Positions 10,033 to 19,682 of a stretch of 64,000 nucleotides of DNA are shown piece by piece. Position 1 is the stretch's first letter, and every line of letters begins with the position of its first letter. The position numbers and the translations under genes were made by a program. The notes under the pieces are model-generated. The model had not been told where the DNA came from, made no database searches, and saw nothing but the letters and a program-made list of their open reading frames with translations. The DNA comes from Oligoflexia bacterium (lineage in GTDB: Bacteria; Bdellovibrionota; UBA1018): the NCBI GenBank assembly GCA_963758495.1, contig CAVWVI010000003.1, positions 1,120,001-1,184,000 on the forward strand, read 5' to 3'.

Positions 10033-10404
10033 ATGCCTCCAACTTCGAGAGTCTTCAAAGCAGGCGAAGCCCTATTTCTGGAAGGCTCTACCTCACAATC
10101 CATCTTTATTATTAAAAAGGGAGCAATCTCTCTTAGAAAAAGGAAGGGTCAAAAATTTGTCGAAATAGCAAAAATAGGGGCTAACGAAGTCATTGGAGAA
10201 CTTTCCTTCTTTGATCGCCAACCCCGAAGCGCTACGGCAGTCGCGATTGTTGAAGTTGAAGCCCTCGAACTCACATTTGAAGCCTTAGAGCAAGTTTATA
10301 AGAATATTCCTGATTATTTAAAAACGATTATGGCATCTTTGGCCGGACGCCTTCGAAATGCCAACGAACAACTCAAATCGCTTCAAAGGGAACGCGTGGA
10401 CTGA
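10033..10404 (+). CDS. Stand-alone cyclic nucleotide-binding domain protein
   Basis: GE.LF.EG, GELSFFD..PRSATA phosphate-binding cassette; no HTH; ATG 10033 preferred over TTG 9958. Confidence 0.85.
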   Translation: MPPTSRVFKAGEALFLEGSTSQSIFIIKKGAISLRKRKGQKFVEIAKIGANEVIGELSFFDRQPRSATAVAIVEVEALELTFEALEQVYKNIPDYLKTIMASLAGRLRNANEQLKSLQRERVD

Positions 10405-10407
10405 ATA

Positions 10408-10881
10408 TCAGTTTACATTAGGCCCTAACTGGCGAATGGCTTCATACACCGCAATACTTACAGTGTTAGATAAGTTCAAAGATCTCACACGCGCATCATA
10501 CATCGGTACTCGGGTAGTTTCGGTGGGATAAGCATTAATCACCCAATCAGGAAGACCCGCAGTCTCTTTTCCAAAAATTAGATAGGATCCTTCTTTAAAC
10601 TGATGATCAAAAAGAGTACCACCCGCCTTTTTAGAGAAAAATACTTTGGGTGCGTCCGGTGGCAAAGATGCGAGGAAGACCTCCAAACTTGAATGCCGTC
10701 GAACGGTGAGGTGTTCCCAATAATCCAAGCCAGCACGTTTTAATTTTGAATGGGTAATTTCAAAACCAAGCGGCTCCACTAAATGGAGCGTCGTTCGAGT
10801 CGCTAAACAAAGACGCCCTATTGAGCCTGTATTCTGAGGAATTTCTGGCTCGACCAATACTACGTTCAAATGATGAGGCAT
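10408..10881 (-). CDS. trmL: tRNA (cytidine/uridine-2'-O)-methyltransferase, SpoU family
   Basis: PEIPQNTG.IGR, RAGLDYW, FG.ET.GL, RSLNLS. Confidence 0.92.
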   Translation of the reverse strand: MPHHLNVVLVEPEIPQNTGSIGRLCLATRTTLHLVEPLGFEITHSKLKRAGLDYWEHLTVRRHSSLEVFLASLPPDAPKVFFSKKAGGTLFDHQFKEGSYLIFGKETAGLPDWVINAYPTETTRVPMYDARVRSLNLSNTVSIAVYEAIRQLGPNVN

Positions 10882-10891
10882 AATTATTCCG

Positions 10892-12214
10892 TTATGGGCG
10901 AAGCGTATTGAGCATTCGAGGGAATGGGATGGTCTCCCGAACATGTTCAACACCCGTCATCCATGCGACGGTACGTTCAACGCCTAACCCAAATCCAGCA
11001 TGAGGCACTGAGCCATATTTTCTAAGATCCATATACCAAGAATAATCTTGCTCTTTAAGACCATGCTCGGCAATTCGCCTCTTGAGTACTTCAGCACTCT
11101 CTTCACGCTGCCCCCCCCCGATAATTTCTCCATAACCATCAGGAGCAATCAAATCACAACCTAAAGCATAACGCCCCGTTCCTGTAACCCCCGAACCCCC
11201 TACCGTATCGGACTGCTTAAAATAAAAGGCTTTGATCTGAGAAGGCATATGATGAACAAAAACAGGTTTTCCAAATTCTTCACCCAGTGCTGTTTCGTGA
11301 GGCGCACCAAAGTCTTCACCCCAGGGAAGCGAGAAACCTCTTTTTTCTAAAATCTTGATTGCTTCATCATAAGAAATTCTAGGGAAGGGTCCTTTGATCG
11401 ATTCAAGCTTTGAGATGTCTCTCTCTAAAATTTTGAGTTCTTCTCCACGCCTTGCCAAAACAGATTGGACAATATGTTCGATAAAGCTCTCGCCTAAAGC
11501 CATATTATCTTCGAGATTTGCGAATGCGACTTCTGGCTCCACCATCCAAAACTCTGTGAGATGTTTTCTAGTTTTAGATTTCTCTGCACGGAAAGTGGGA
11601 CCAAAAACATACACTTTACCAAATGCCATCGCTCCGACTTCACCATAAAGCTGTCCAGATTGTGTCAGGTACGCTTTTTCATCAAAATACTGGGTTGAAA
11701 AGAGTGTGGACGTTCCCTCGCAAGCACTAGGAGTCAGAATAGGAGCATCAAATCGAATAAATCCTCGGGAATCGAAGAATTCGTTAATAGATCGCATGAT
11801 CTCGGATCGAACTCGAAGCGCCGCCCATTGGCGAGAACTACGGACCCATAGATGTCGATTCTCCATTAAAAACTCGACTCCATGTTCTTTCGGAGAAATA
11901 GGATAGGGCTCTGCAATCTGAATCACTTTCAACGATTGCACACCCAACTCATAACCCCCAGGTGAGCGTGCTTCTTTGCGCAATTTTCCGACCACTTCAA
12001 TTGAAGATTCTTGAGTTAATTGATCAAATGCAGCAAAAGCTTCCTCGTTACATTCTCCTTTAAATAAGACGGATTGAAGTAAACCTGTGCCGTCACGAAG
12101 CACCAGAAATTTAATCTTACCAGAACTTCTCTTTTGGTAGACCCATCCTCGAACTGTCACTACCTGCCCGTCAAACTGACCTGCGTTCTCTATGTAAAAT
12201 CGATCATTACTCAT
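10892..12214 (-). CDS. asnS: Asparagine--tRNA ligase
   Basis: OB-fold N-terminus, YLTQSGQLY, FRAEKSKT.KHL.EFWM.EPE, GEIIGG.QRE, GFGLG.ER. Confidence 0.93.
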   Translation of the reverse strand: MSNDRFYIENAGQFDGQVVTVRGWVYQKRSSGKIKFLVLRDGTGLLQSVLFKGECNEEAFAAFDQLTQESSIEVVGKLRKEARSPGGYELGVQSLKVIQIAEPYPISPKEHGVEFLMENRHLWVRSSRQWAALRVRSEIMRSINEFFDSRGFIRFDAPILTPSACEGTSTLFSTQYFDEKAYLTQSGQLYGEVGAMAFGKVYVFGPTFRAEKSKTRKHLTEFWMVEPEVAFANLEDNMALGESFIEHIVQSVLARRGEELKILERDISKLESIKGPFPRISYDEAIKILEKRGFSLPWGEDFGAPHETALGEEFGKPVFVHHMPSQIKAFYFKQSDTVGGSGVTGTGRYALGCDLIAPDGYGEIIGGGQREESAEVLKRRIAEHGLKEQDYSWYMDLRKYGSVPHAGFGLGVERTVAWMTGVEHVRETIPFPRMLNTLRP

Positions 12215-12242
12215 AAAAATCTTACTTCCTTACAAAACGAAT

Positions 12243-13769
12243 TTAAAAATCCGCTAAAAAGCGCGCTAATGTACGAACGTAAGCTCCGCTCGCACCCTTC
12301 TTTGGATAGTAGGACAAGTGGCTGAGATTATAAGCAGTCGCAGCAATATCTAAATGTGCCCAGAGAGTATCTTTCTTAATAAATTGCTTAAGAAAGATAG
12401 CACCACGAATCGTACCGCCATAGGAATCATTCGCTGAGTTTTTCATATCTGCATAATCAGACTTTAAATCATCAAAATACTCGTCATAGAGTGGCAATTG
12501 CCAAATTCTTTCTCCATTGGCTTCACCTGCACGACGCAACGAATCGATCACGCTCTCTTCATTACCGAGTACTGCACAACATTGCTTGCCTAGAGCAATG
12601 GATACCGCACCCGTTAAAGTTGCGACATCGACTACTGCATCTGGCTTATAATCTTGGGCATAATCCAATGCATCAGCCAAAATTAAGCGACCCTCAGCGT
12701 CAGTATTAATAATTTCTACGGTCTTCCCGTTCCTTGCCGTTAAGACGTTCCCTGGTTGAATCGCATTTCCATCTGGCATGTTCTCAGTAAAAGCCATAAT
12801 CGAAATCACACGATTTGGAATTTTCCAGCTCGCAGCTAAGAGAGTTGCGCCCATAACAGTAGCAGCCCCTGTCATGTCGTGTTTCATCTCTTCCATACGA
12901 GCAGAAGGTTTAATAGAAATTCCACCACTATCGAAGGTCACCCCTTTGCCTACTAATGCTATGGTCTTTGGGTTTTTAATATTTTTTGGTGTGTACTCTA
13001 AAATGACAAATTGACTTTCACGCTCTGATCCTTGCCCAACTCCTAAGAATAAGCCCATCTTTTCGCGAATAGCATCTTGTTCTGACAAGACCCGAAACTT
13101 AAGCCCGTATTGACGAGCCAGTTTTTTAGCCTCCTGCGCAAAATAAGTAGGGGTACCATAATTTGATGGCTCATTGGACCAATCCCGAGCGACATTAACA
13201 GCCTCACCCATCGCCTGGACTTGATCCATTTCGAGATCTAACTGGGATTTTATACTTTTATCCCGCGCTAAAAATACAATCTTGGAAATTCCTAAGTCGT
13301 CTTTATCTGATTTTTCCTTCGATTTATATTTATTCAGACAGTAAGCATTTAACATCAAACCTTCAGCAAATGCGCGAATGCATCGGATCGGGTTTAAATC
13401 TGATTTTATATTCTTAATCTCAAAAAAACTGTCTAAATGAACGGCAATGGACTTGCACTTTTCTGCACTCAGCTTCGTCCAAGCATACCCCCCCATGACT
13501 CTAAACTTCTCTTCAGAGAGCTCAGTTTCAGCTCCAAGCCCTAAAAGTAAGGCATTTTCAGCAGAAGTTTTTTCTGCAAATCGAATAAATTGCATTGAGC
13601 CGTGTTTTGCATCGAAAACGTCTCCTTTTCGGAATTTTTCGACCAAAGCTGCGTAAATGCCTTTCGGCGGAATTGCTTTTTTTGATGAATCCTGAAATAT
13701 AATAGCAATATCCGTATCAACAGCGCCCGTAACCGAGGTTCGTGCCTCTAATAAAGGTAATTTCCACAT
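12243..13769 (-). CDS. pepA: Leucyl aminopeptidase (M17)
   Basis: VGKGVTFDSGG, MKHDM.GAA, NTDAEGRL, ATLTGA, HLDIA. Confidence 0.93.
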   Translation of the reverse strand: MWKLPLLEARTSVTGAVDTDIAIIFQDSSKKAIPPKGIYAALVEKFRKGDVFDAKHGSMQFIRFAEKTSAENALLLGLGAETELSEEKFRVMGGYAWTKLSAEKCKSIAVHLDSFFEIKNIKSDLNPIRCIRAFAEGLMLNAYCLNKYKSKEKSDKDDLGISKIVFLARDKSIKSQLDLEMDQVQAMGEAVNVARDWSNEPSNYGTPTYFAQEAKKLARQYGLKFRVLSEQDAIREKMGLFLGVGQGSERESQFVILEYTPKNIKNPKTIALVGKGVTFDSGGISIKPSARMEEMKHDMTGAATVMGATLLAASWKIPNRVISIMAFTENMPDGNAIQPGNVLTARNGKTVEIINTDAEGRLILADALDYAQDYKPDAVVDVATLTGAVSIALGKQCCAVLGNEESVIDSLRRAGEANGERIWQLPLYDEYFDDLKSDYADMKNSANDSYGGTIRGAIFLKQFIKKDTLWAHLDIAATAYNLSHLSYYPKKGASGAYVRTLARFLADF

Positions 13770-13818
13770 GTTAGCTTTTTGCCCTTTCAATCATTTTTTA
13801 TTAACATAGAGCCATAGT

Positions 13819-15219
13819 ATGTTGAAGCGGTATCACCATATTGTAGGTGGCATTTTTAGAATAGTAGATGCTTTTGTCATAGGAGTCGCCTGGCTTGCCT
13901 CCTATTGGCTTCGATTTTACCTTCCCCTGATTGAGGTGACGAAGGGATTTCCGCGGTTTGGAAAATACGCGGCCCTCAGCCCCCTTGTTATTGGGATTTG
14001 GATGACTGTCTTTTCAGTCATGCGAGTCTATCAATCTCATCGAATGCTTCGCCGAACCCATGAAGTCCACCTTCTACTTAAAAGCCATGGTATTGCGATG
14101 TTATTTTTCATCGCCCTCACCTATCTTTTTAGTGAATATAAATACTCGCGAGCTGTCATGCTCTATTTCGGCATCTTCGGAGGTATCCTTCTTGTTGTTT
14201 TCCGTCTCAGCCTAAGGAATGGCTTACGTGAAATACGTCGAAAAGGTTTCAATTTACGCCATGTTTTAGCTGTGGGCGAGGGAGGAGCAATTGAGACCCT
14301 CATTCAACGTATTGATAAATTTCCAGAATTAGGACTGAGAATGGTGGGAGTAGTGACCCATGAAAATTCAAAAGTCAAAGCCATCCACGGCACTCCTGCC
14401 ATAGGGCATTTTGAACAAATCAGGGAGCTGGTTCACAAACTCAAGCCTGACCAAATTCTCCTAGCTTTACCAAGACATCAGTATGCAAATCTAGACCGGA
14501 TTCTTGAACTTCTGAAAGACGAAACTGTCGATATTCAACTCGTGCCTGATATTCATGAATATATTACCCTCGGTTGTGAAATAGAAGATTTTGACGGGCT
14601 ACCTATCGTTAATATCAATGATTCACCCCTGAATGGCTGGGGTGCACTCGCGAAAAGATTCACTGACGTCATGATCGCAAGTATCGCATTGATCTTACTC
14701 AGCCCTATTCTAGCAATGATTGCAGCGGCAATCAAACTCAACTCACGAGGCCCTATTCTTTATGAACAAGAGCGAATGGGCATAGACGGCAGAACTTTTG
14801 GTATGCTTAAGTTTCGATCCATGCAAATCAATGCGGAGACTCAAACCGGTGCGGTTTGGGCAATCCCCAACGATGGCCGACGCACAAAAACTGGAACATT
14901 TCTTAGAAGCACGAGCCTAGACGAGCTCCCCCAGCTCTGGAATGTAGTCCGAGGAGATATGTCACTTGTGGGCCCCCGCCCGGAGAGACCGGTTTTCGTC
15001 CATAAGTTTAGAAAAGATATCCCTCACTACATGTTGAGGCATAAAGTAAAAGCAGGAATTACAGGGTGGGCTCAAGTCAATGGTTGGCGCGGAAATACAT
15101 CTTTAGATCGAAGGATTGAGTGTGATCTTTATTATATCCGCAATTGGTCCTATTTTTTGGATTTAAAGATTATCCTTTTGACCCTTTGGAAAGGGTTTAT
15201 CAACAAGAATGCCTACTAA
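13819..15219 (+). CDS. Undecaprenyl-phosphate glycosyl-1-phosphate transferase (WcaJ/WbaP family)
   Basis: N-terminal TMs, KFRSM, SLDELPQLWNV.RGDMSLVGPRPE, GITGWAQVNG. Confidence 0.92.
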   Translation: MLKRYHHIVGGIFRIVDAFVIGVAWLASYWLRFYLPLIEVTKGFPRFGKYAALSPLVIGIWMTVFSVMRVYQSHRMLRRTHEVHLLLKSHGIAMLFFIALTYLFSEYKYSRAVMLYFGIFGGILLVVFRLSLRNGLREIRRKGFNLRHVLAVGEGGAIETLIQRIDKFPELGLRMVGVVTHENSKVKAIHGTPAIGHFEQIRELVHKLKPDQILLALPRHQYANLDRILELLKDETVDIQLVPDIHEYITLGCEIEDFDGLPIVNINDSPLNGWGALAKRFTDVMIASIALILLSPILAMIAAAIKLNSRGPILYEQERMGIDGRTFGMLKFRSMQINAETQTGAVWAIPNDGRRTKTGTFLRSTSLDELPQLWNVVRGDMSLVGPRPERPVFVHKFRKDIPHYMLRHKVKAGITGWAQVNGWRGNTSLDRRIECDLYYIRNWSYFLDLKIILLTLWKGFINKNAY

Positions 15220-16339
15220 TCGTTTTTCTTATTGGCGTCCTCTGAAGTTCGATCGTTATATCCTTGAAGAGATTATCAGTACCTTTTTAGGCACTTGTAT
15301 CTTTATTCTTTTCATATTGCTTATGTTTCAGGCCCTGAGGTTAGCGGAGTTTTTCATCCTTCATGGCGCTTCAGGCATCATGTTGGGGAAATTAGCTTTT
15401 TTCATGAGCCTCTCTTTTTTGCCCACAGCTCTCCCGTTGTCCTTTCTTATTACTGTTTTGATCTCATTCGGAAGACTTTCTTCTGATAGTGAACTCATTG
15501 CTATGAAGGCGAATGGAATGAGTATCGGTAGATTATCCGCTCCCATATGGCTCTTTGCATTCATCATCGTAGGTCTTTCCATCACTTTAAATAACGATTG
15601 GGTTCCCTGGGGTGAAACTTCATTTAAAAAAACCCAAATCAAAATCGGAAACACAAAAGCCGTCACCGCCATCAAGGAAGGGACATTTACTTCTGGGTTT
15701 TTCGATCTACTCATTTTTGCCGATAAGGTAGACACCGATCAAAATCGACTTCATAGAGTATTTATTTTTGATGGGAGAGAAGCGGGAAACCCACTGACAT
15801 ACGTCGCTAGAAATGCCGAAATTGTGCCTGTCAAAACACCGTCAGAACTCGGTGCCGCAATTATGCTCCGCCTCTACAATGGCAGTATGCATCACAATAA
15901 TTTAGAAACCCATACTTATGAGAAGATGAATTTTGAAGCCTACCACCTTTATTTAAAGATAGATGAAGGGGCAGACACCACGATTGTTAAACCTCACATG
16001 ATTCCAGAAGATGATTTACTAAAAAAAATCAGTAAAACCACTACGTCCACCTATGAAGGGCGCGAGTTCCGAGGGGAATACTGGCGTAGGTATGCCACCG
16101 CAATCAGTCCTCTTATTTTTGTACTTTTGGGAATTGGTTTTGGCACATTTCGTTACCGAACAGCAAAAACTGGAGCTATTTTAACTGGGTTTATCATCTT
16201 AATCGCTTACTGGAGTCTTCAAACCCTAGGGACCGTTGCTGTTCAACGTGGATCATTATCACCTTTTTTTGCAATGCAATTGCCTAATATTGTCATGATC
16301 ATTGCTGGTATTTTTGGATACCGCCGCGCCTGCTGGTAA
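15209..16339 (+). CDS. lptF: LPS export permease, LptF/LptG family
   Basis: DRYI..E, GRLSSDSEL.AM.A.G.S; 6 TMs with a periplasmic domain. Confidence 0.8.
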   Translation: MPTNRFSYWRPLKFDRYILEEIISTFLGTCIFILFILLMFQALRLAEFFILHGASGIMLGKLAFFMSLSFLPTALPLSFLITVLISFGRLSSDSELIAMKANGMSIGRLSAPIWLFAFIIVGLSITLNNDWVPWGETSFKKTQIKIGNTKAVTAIKEGTFTSGFFDLLIFADKVDTDQNRLHRVFIFDGREAGNPLTYVARNAEIVPVKTPSELGAAIMLRLYNGSMHHNNLETHTYEKMNFEAYHLYLKIDEGADTTIVKPHMIPEDDLLKKISKTTTSTYEGREFRGEYWRRYATAISPLIFVLLGIGFGTFRYRTAKTGAILTGFIILIAYWSLQTLGTVAVQRGSLSPFFAMQLPNIVMIIAGIFGYRRACW

Positions 16340-16466
16340 CGGGTACATAGTTCCTTTAAAAAACTCTTGGAAAAGCTGAGCCAGAAAGCAATCCCGTTAA
16401 ATAAAAACTAAACAATGTGATGGCATTATTTTGACAACCCCCGAAAAATAGCACCACACAGCCCTT

Positions 16467-16575
16467 TGTGGATAACTTTTGATGTTTTTGCTAAAAAAAC
16501 GATATTTAACCTAAATATCTGATTAATATCAGATAGTTAAATCGTGTGGATAAGTTGCATAGATCGTGTGGATAA
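16467..16575. promoter_or_regulatory. Three co-oriented consensus DnaA boxes with an intervening IHF-consensus site
   Basis: TGTGGATAA at 16467, 16545 and 16567; TATCAGATAGTTA (WATCARNNNNTTR) at 16527-16539. Confidence 0.7.
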
Positions 16576-16576
16576 C

Positions 16577-17614
16577 TTATTCTGTGTCGCTCGATATTGG
16601 ACTTAATTTATCAGCTTTATCAACGAATAACTTCTTGCTCTCGTCAGGTAAATGATCTGGAAAGAATAAAGTTTTATTACCATTCACCACTACTGCATTT
16701 TTATCATCACTGATCAGGCCAAATTCTCGTCCATTATAACTATAAGAAACAGAACTAGGATTAGACACTTGGACCTGGATTCTATCCTTGGCCCGTAGAA
16801 ATAATTCTTTACCTTTTCGGACAATAAATTTCCTTATAGGCTTATCATCCACTTGATATCTCACCCAAACATCTGAAAGAATTTTAAATACAACTTTATG
16901 ATGCAAGTCACTCGGCTTGAGTCCATGCCCAGAATCTAATGGATCTTCTTGATCCGATGCCGATAGTTCTGGGAGAGGCAATACAGAAGCTGTTGGTTGA
17001 GGCAGGGGATTTGAATTCGGCACTGGACTCAGACTCGGGATAGGAACTGGAATAAAAGTCGCATTCAGAACTGAACTAGGGAGAGTACTGGGAGAAACCA
17101 AGGGAATTTGAGTTGAATTAACGGGCAACCCAAGCGAAGCAATCATAGCTCCATTTTCATTACTATGTGCCTCTCGAAGTTTATCCAAATGCGAGCGACG
17201 GTGATGGCGCAATGAAGGCTTTAAAAAGAGCATAGCCAACCCACCTAAAAGGATAAAACCGAAAATCGCTATCATCAAGGTAGTTCGACCTTGCTGCTCC
17301 CCATCCTTTCTATCAAAGGCATAGCCACTATGCCCCGCCTCACGATCAGGACGTTCACTTACTTTTTGGCTGATATAGCTATTAAATCGAGCCAAAGTTT
17401 CTTTGGCATCCACCCCAATAAATCGACAATAAGAAGTAACAAAGCCTCTAATAAATGGCTTCGCGGGAAGATCCGCATATTGATCTTCCTCAAGCGCATG
17501 CAAAGTACGAACACCTACTTTCGTAGCTGAAGCAACCTGCTCAATCGTTATGCAACGACTCTCTCGCTCATGCCTTAAAAACTCTCCTAAACTCATGTCC
17601 TTTTCTGATGCCAT
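16577..17614 (-). CDS. rodZ: RodZ-like protein (HTH, TM, Pro-rich linker, DUF4115-like C-terminus)
   Basis: LGE.LR..RE, L.ALEE....LP...F.RGF...Y; single TM. Confidence 0.75.
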   Translation of the reverse strand: MASEKDMSLGEFLRHERESRCITIEQVASATKVGVRTLHALEEDQYADLPAKPFIRGFVTSYCRFIGVDAKETLARFNSYISQKVSERPDREAGHSGYAFDRKDGEQQGRTTLMIAIFGFILLGGLAMLFLKPSLRHHRRSHLDKLREAHSNENGAMIASLGLPVNSTQIPLVSPSTLPSSVLNATFIPVPIPSLSPVPNSNPLPQPTASVLPLPELSASDQEDPLDSGHGLKPSDLHHKVVFKILSDVWVRYQVDDKPIRKFIVRKGKELFLRAKDRIQVQVSNPSSVSYSYNGREFGLISDDKNAVVVNGNKTLFFPDHLPDESKKLFVDKADKLSPISSDTE

Positions 17615-17623
17615 TCGATCTTT

Positions 17624-18418
17624 CTAAGGGAGATATCTCAGCTGATCCATTGCCTTCTCCGCCAACTGAGTATTCGGGTATTGCTTTTGAATCTCAAGAA
17701 AGGTTTTTCGGGCAAGATCATATTGTCGATTATGTTGATAAGCTACACCCAACGCAAGATGCGCATCACTCAGTTCTCGGTAATGGGCACAAAGTTTTTT
17801 TGTGGACTCTCCATAATCATGAATCGCTGCATTGAATTTCGATTCTTTTAACTGGATATGCCCACGATAATAATAAGCAATACATGCTTGAAGAGGTGCG
17901 TCCAATATCGCATGATCGAGAAAAGCTTGTGATTCACGGAAATGACCTAATTTATATTTTAGAATCCCTAAATTAGTCCACGCTTTATATGCATCACGGT
18001 AAAGAGGGTCCTTTGCCGCAATCTCTAAAGGCCCCTCGGCTTCATCAAATTTTCCCATATCCATCAAAATCTTACCCAAAGTAGTATTTGCATCTGAGTA
18101 ATTAGGCTTAATTTTCAAGCTTCGACGCACTGCCTGAAGCGCTGAAGCGAGGTCATGCTTTCCATAATAGGCGAGTGCTTTTGAATGATAAAGCTCCGGC
18201 AAAGTGGGGTCTTCTTCTTCTGCTCGAACCAACGTCTGTAAAGCACCTGTAGGATCGCCTTCCACTAAAGAGCCATTGGCAATTTCTACAAGCATTTTTG
18301 CCCGCTCCGTTTTTGAATATTCCTTATGTCGCTTCTCGCCACTCGCACATCCTTGCCCTATGGCTATCACTATAAGACTAAGCGCAATATAGAAGCTAGG
18401 AATTAAATAGGATCTCAT
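17624..18418 (-). CDS. TPR lipoprotein, PilF/PilW/Tgl pilotin-like
   Basis: Lipobox GQGC, multiple TPRs, DPLY..AW.NLG; adjacent to rodZ as in pilF-rodZ loci. Confidence 0.7.
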   Translation of the reverse strand: MRSYLIPSFYIALSLIVIAIGQGCASGEKRHKEYSKTERAKMLVEIANGSLVEGDPTGALQTLVRAEEEDPTLPELYHSKALAYYGKHDLASALQAVRRSLKIKPNYSDANTTLGKILMDMGKFDEAEGPLEIAAKDPLYRDAYKAWTNLGILKYKLGHFRESQAFLDHAILDAPLQACIAYYYRGHIQLKESKFNAAIHDYGESTKKLCAHYRELSDAHLALGVAYQHNRQYDLARKTFLEIQKQYPNTQLAEKAMDQLRYLP

Positions 18419-18490
18419 CTCATTAAAATAGAATTCATTTGGTTTTGTGTCAAAGAATGACTCAATCTTTGATCAGGAAAATCAAAAAAT

Positions 18491-19627
18491 TTAGCCACTT
18501 CTTCGCAACAGCGCCACTGACTCCACATGTGTCGTATGAGGGAATAAATCCAGGAGCATCACTTTTTTAATGACCCATCCTCTTTTTGAAAAATTTAAAA
18601 GATCGCGCACCCATGCGTCTACATCACAACCCACCAAGACCAAATCTCCGACACCCAAAGACTCAAGTCCTGAGACAATTTGAGAAAAACTCTGCCCTAA
18701 TCCCTCTCGTGGAGGGTCCAGAATAGCGGCATTCTTGGGGGATGAAACTTTTCCTTCTCGAACCGAGGCTCGAACCGACGCTACCTTCTTGGCCAACCAG
18801 GGTGTCACAGCAGCACGATGAAAATGGAAATGATGCGACACCCCATTGGGTCGAACTTTCGGAGAACTCAGATCAACACAGTGGATCTCGGCAACTCGAC
18901 TCACAAAAGGAAGAGATAGATTTCCAGAACCCCCAAAGAGATCAAACAAGACATCTACGTTGGATAGAGAATGAGAGATCCATTCTTTGAGTCTTTCATT
19001 TTGTTCATCATGAACCTGCCGGAATCCACTCGCAGAATGAGGAGAATTCCATGTCCGCTTCACCTTTCCCGTGGCAAGAACTTCAACTTCTACCTTAAAT
19101 GGCGACTCAAGACGCATTCCTTCAGCTCGAGTTTGCTCCCAATTTTTATTAATTTCAGGTCGAGCAATGTCACATCGATTCACTGACACAATATTCCGGC
19201 TTTTTGACTGATAAAAACCAAGCTGATCTCCAGCCCCGCGGAGCTGGACTCGATTTCTATATTCCCAAATCTGGGTTGCAGGAATTAGATCAAAATGATC
19301 TGGTAATAAAATACCCGTCTTCTTCAGTGTGTGAGCTACACCCTGAGATTTGGTATTCCATTGAAGTTCATAGGAAATATGCTGCCACTGACATCCTCCA
19401 CATTGACCAAAAGCGGGACAACGAGGAATCTGGCGAAATTGAGAAGGTTCGATCACCTCTAAAATCTCAGCATAGGAATACCGTTTATCTTCATCTACGA
19501 TTCGAACTCTCAGTAAATCTCCTGGAGCGGAAAAGGGAATAAAAACCACGCGCCCACTGGGGTCTCGGGCAACCCCAGCCCCCCCTCTCGAAAGATCTGT
19601 AACTCGTAACATCATTTCAGCTTCCAT
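18491..19627 (-). CDS. RNA m5U methyltransferase (RlmD/TrmA family)
   Basis: TRAM domain, CxxxxxCGGC, F.QV, DLFGGSGN, LDPPREG, DLFPHT.HVE. Confidence 0.88.
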   Translation of the reverse strand: MEAEMMLRVTDLSRGGAGVARDPSGRVVFIPFSAPGDLLRVRIVDEDKRYSYAEILEVIEPSQFRQIPRCPAFGQCGGCQWQHISYELQWNTKSQGVAHTLKKTGILLPDHFDLIPATQIWEYRNRVQLRGAGDQLGFYQSKSRNIVSVNRCDIARPEINKNWEQTRAEGMRLESPFKVEVEVLATGKVKRTWNSPHSASGFRQVHDEQNERLKEWISHSLSNVDVLFDLFGGSGNLSLPFVSRVAEIHCVDLSSPKVRPNGVSHHFHFHRAAVTPWLAKKVASVRASVREGKVSSPKNAAILDPPREGLGQSFSQIVSGLESLGVGDLVLVGCDVDAWVRDLLNFSKRGWVIKKVMLLDLFPHTTHVESVALLRRSG

Positions 19628-19682
19628 ACCTTGGAACCCTCTATCATATTCGCTCTCTGTCTGCTAATTTGCACCAAAACCT

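Noticed and set aside
16340..16576. Definite oriC call
   Set aside because: Only three boxes, no dnaA/dnaN/gidA context and skew not computed; kept as a DnaA-box cluster
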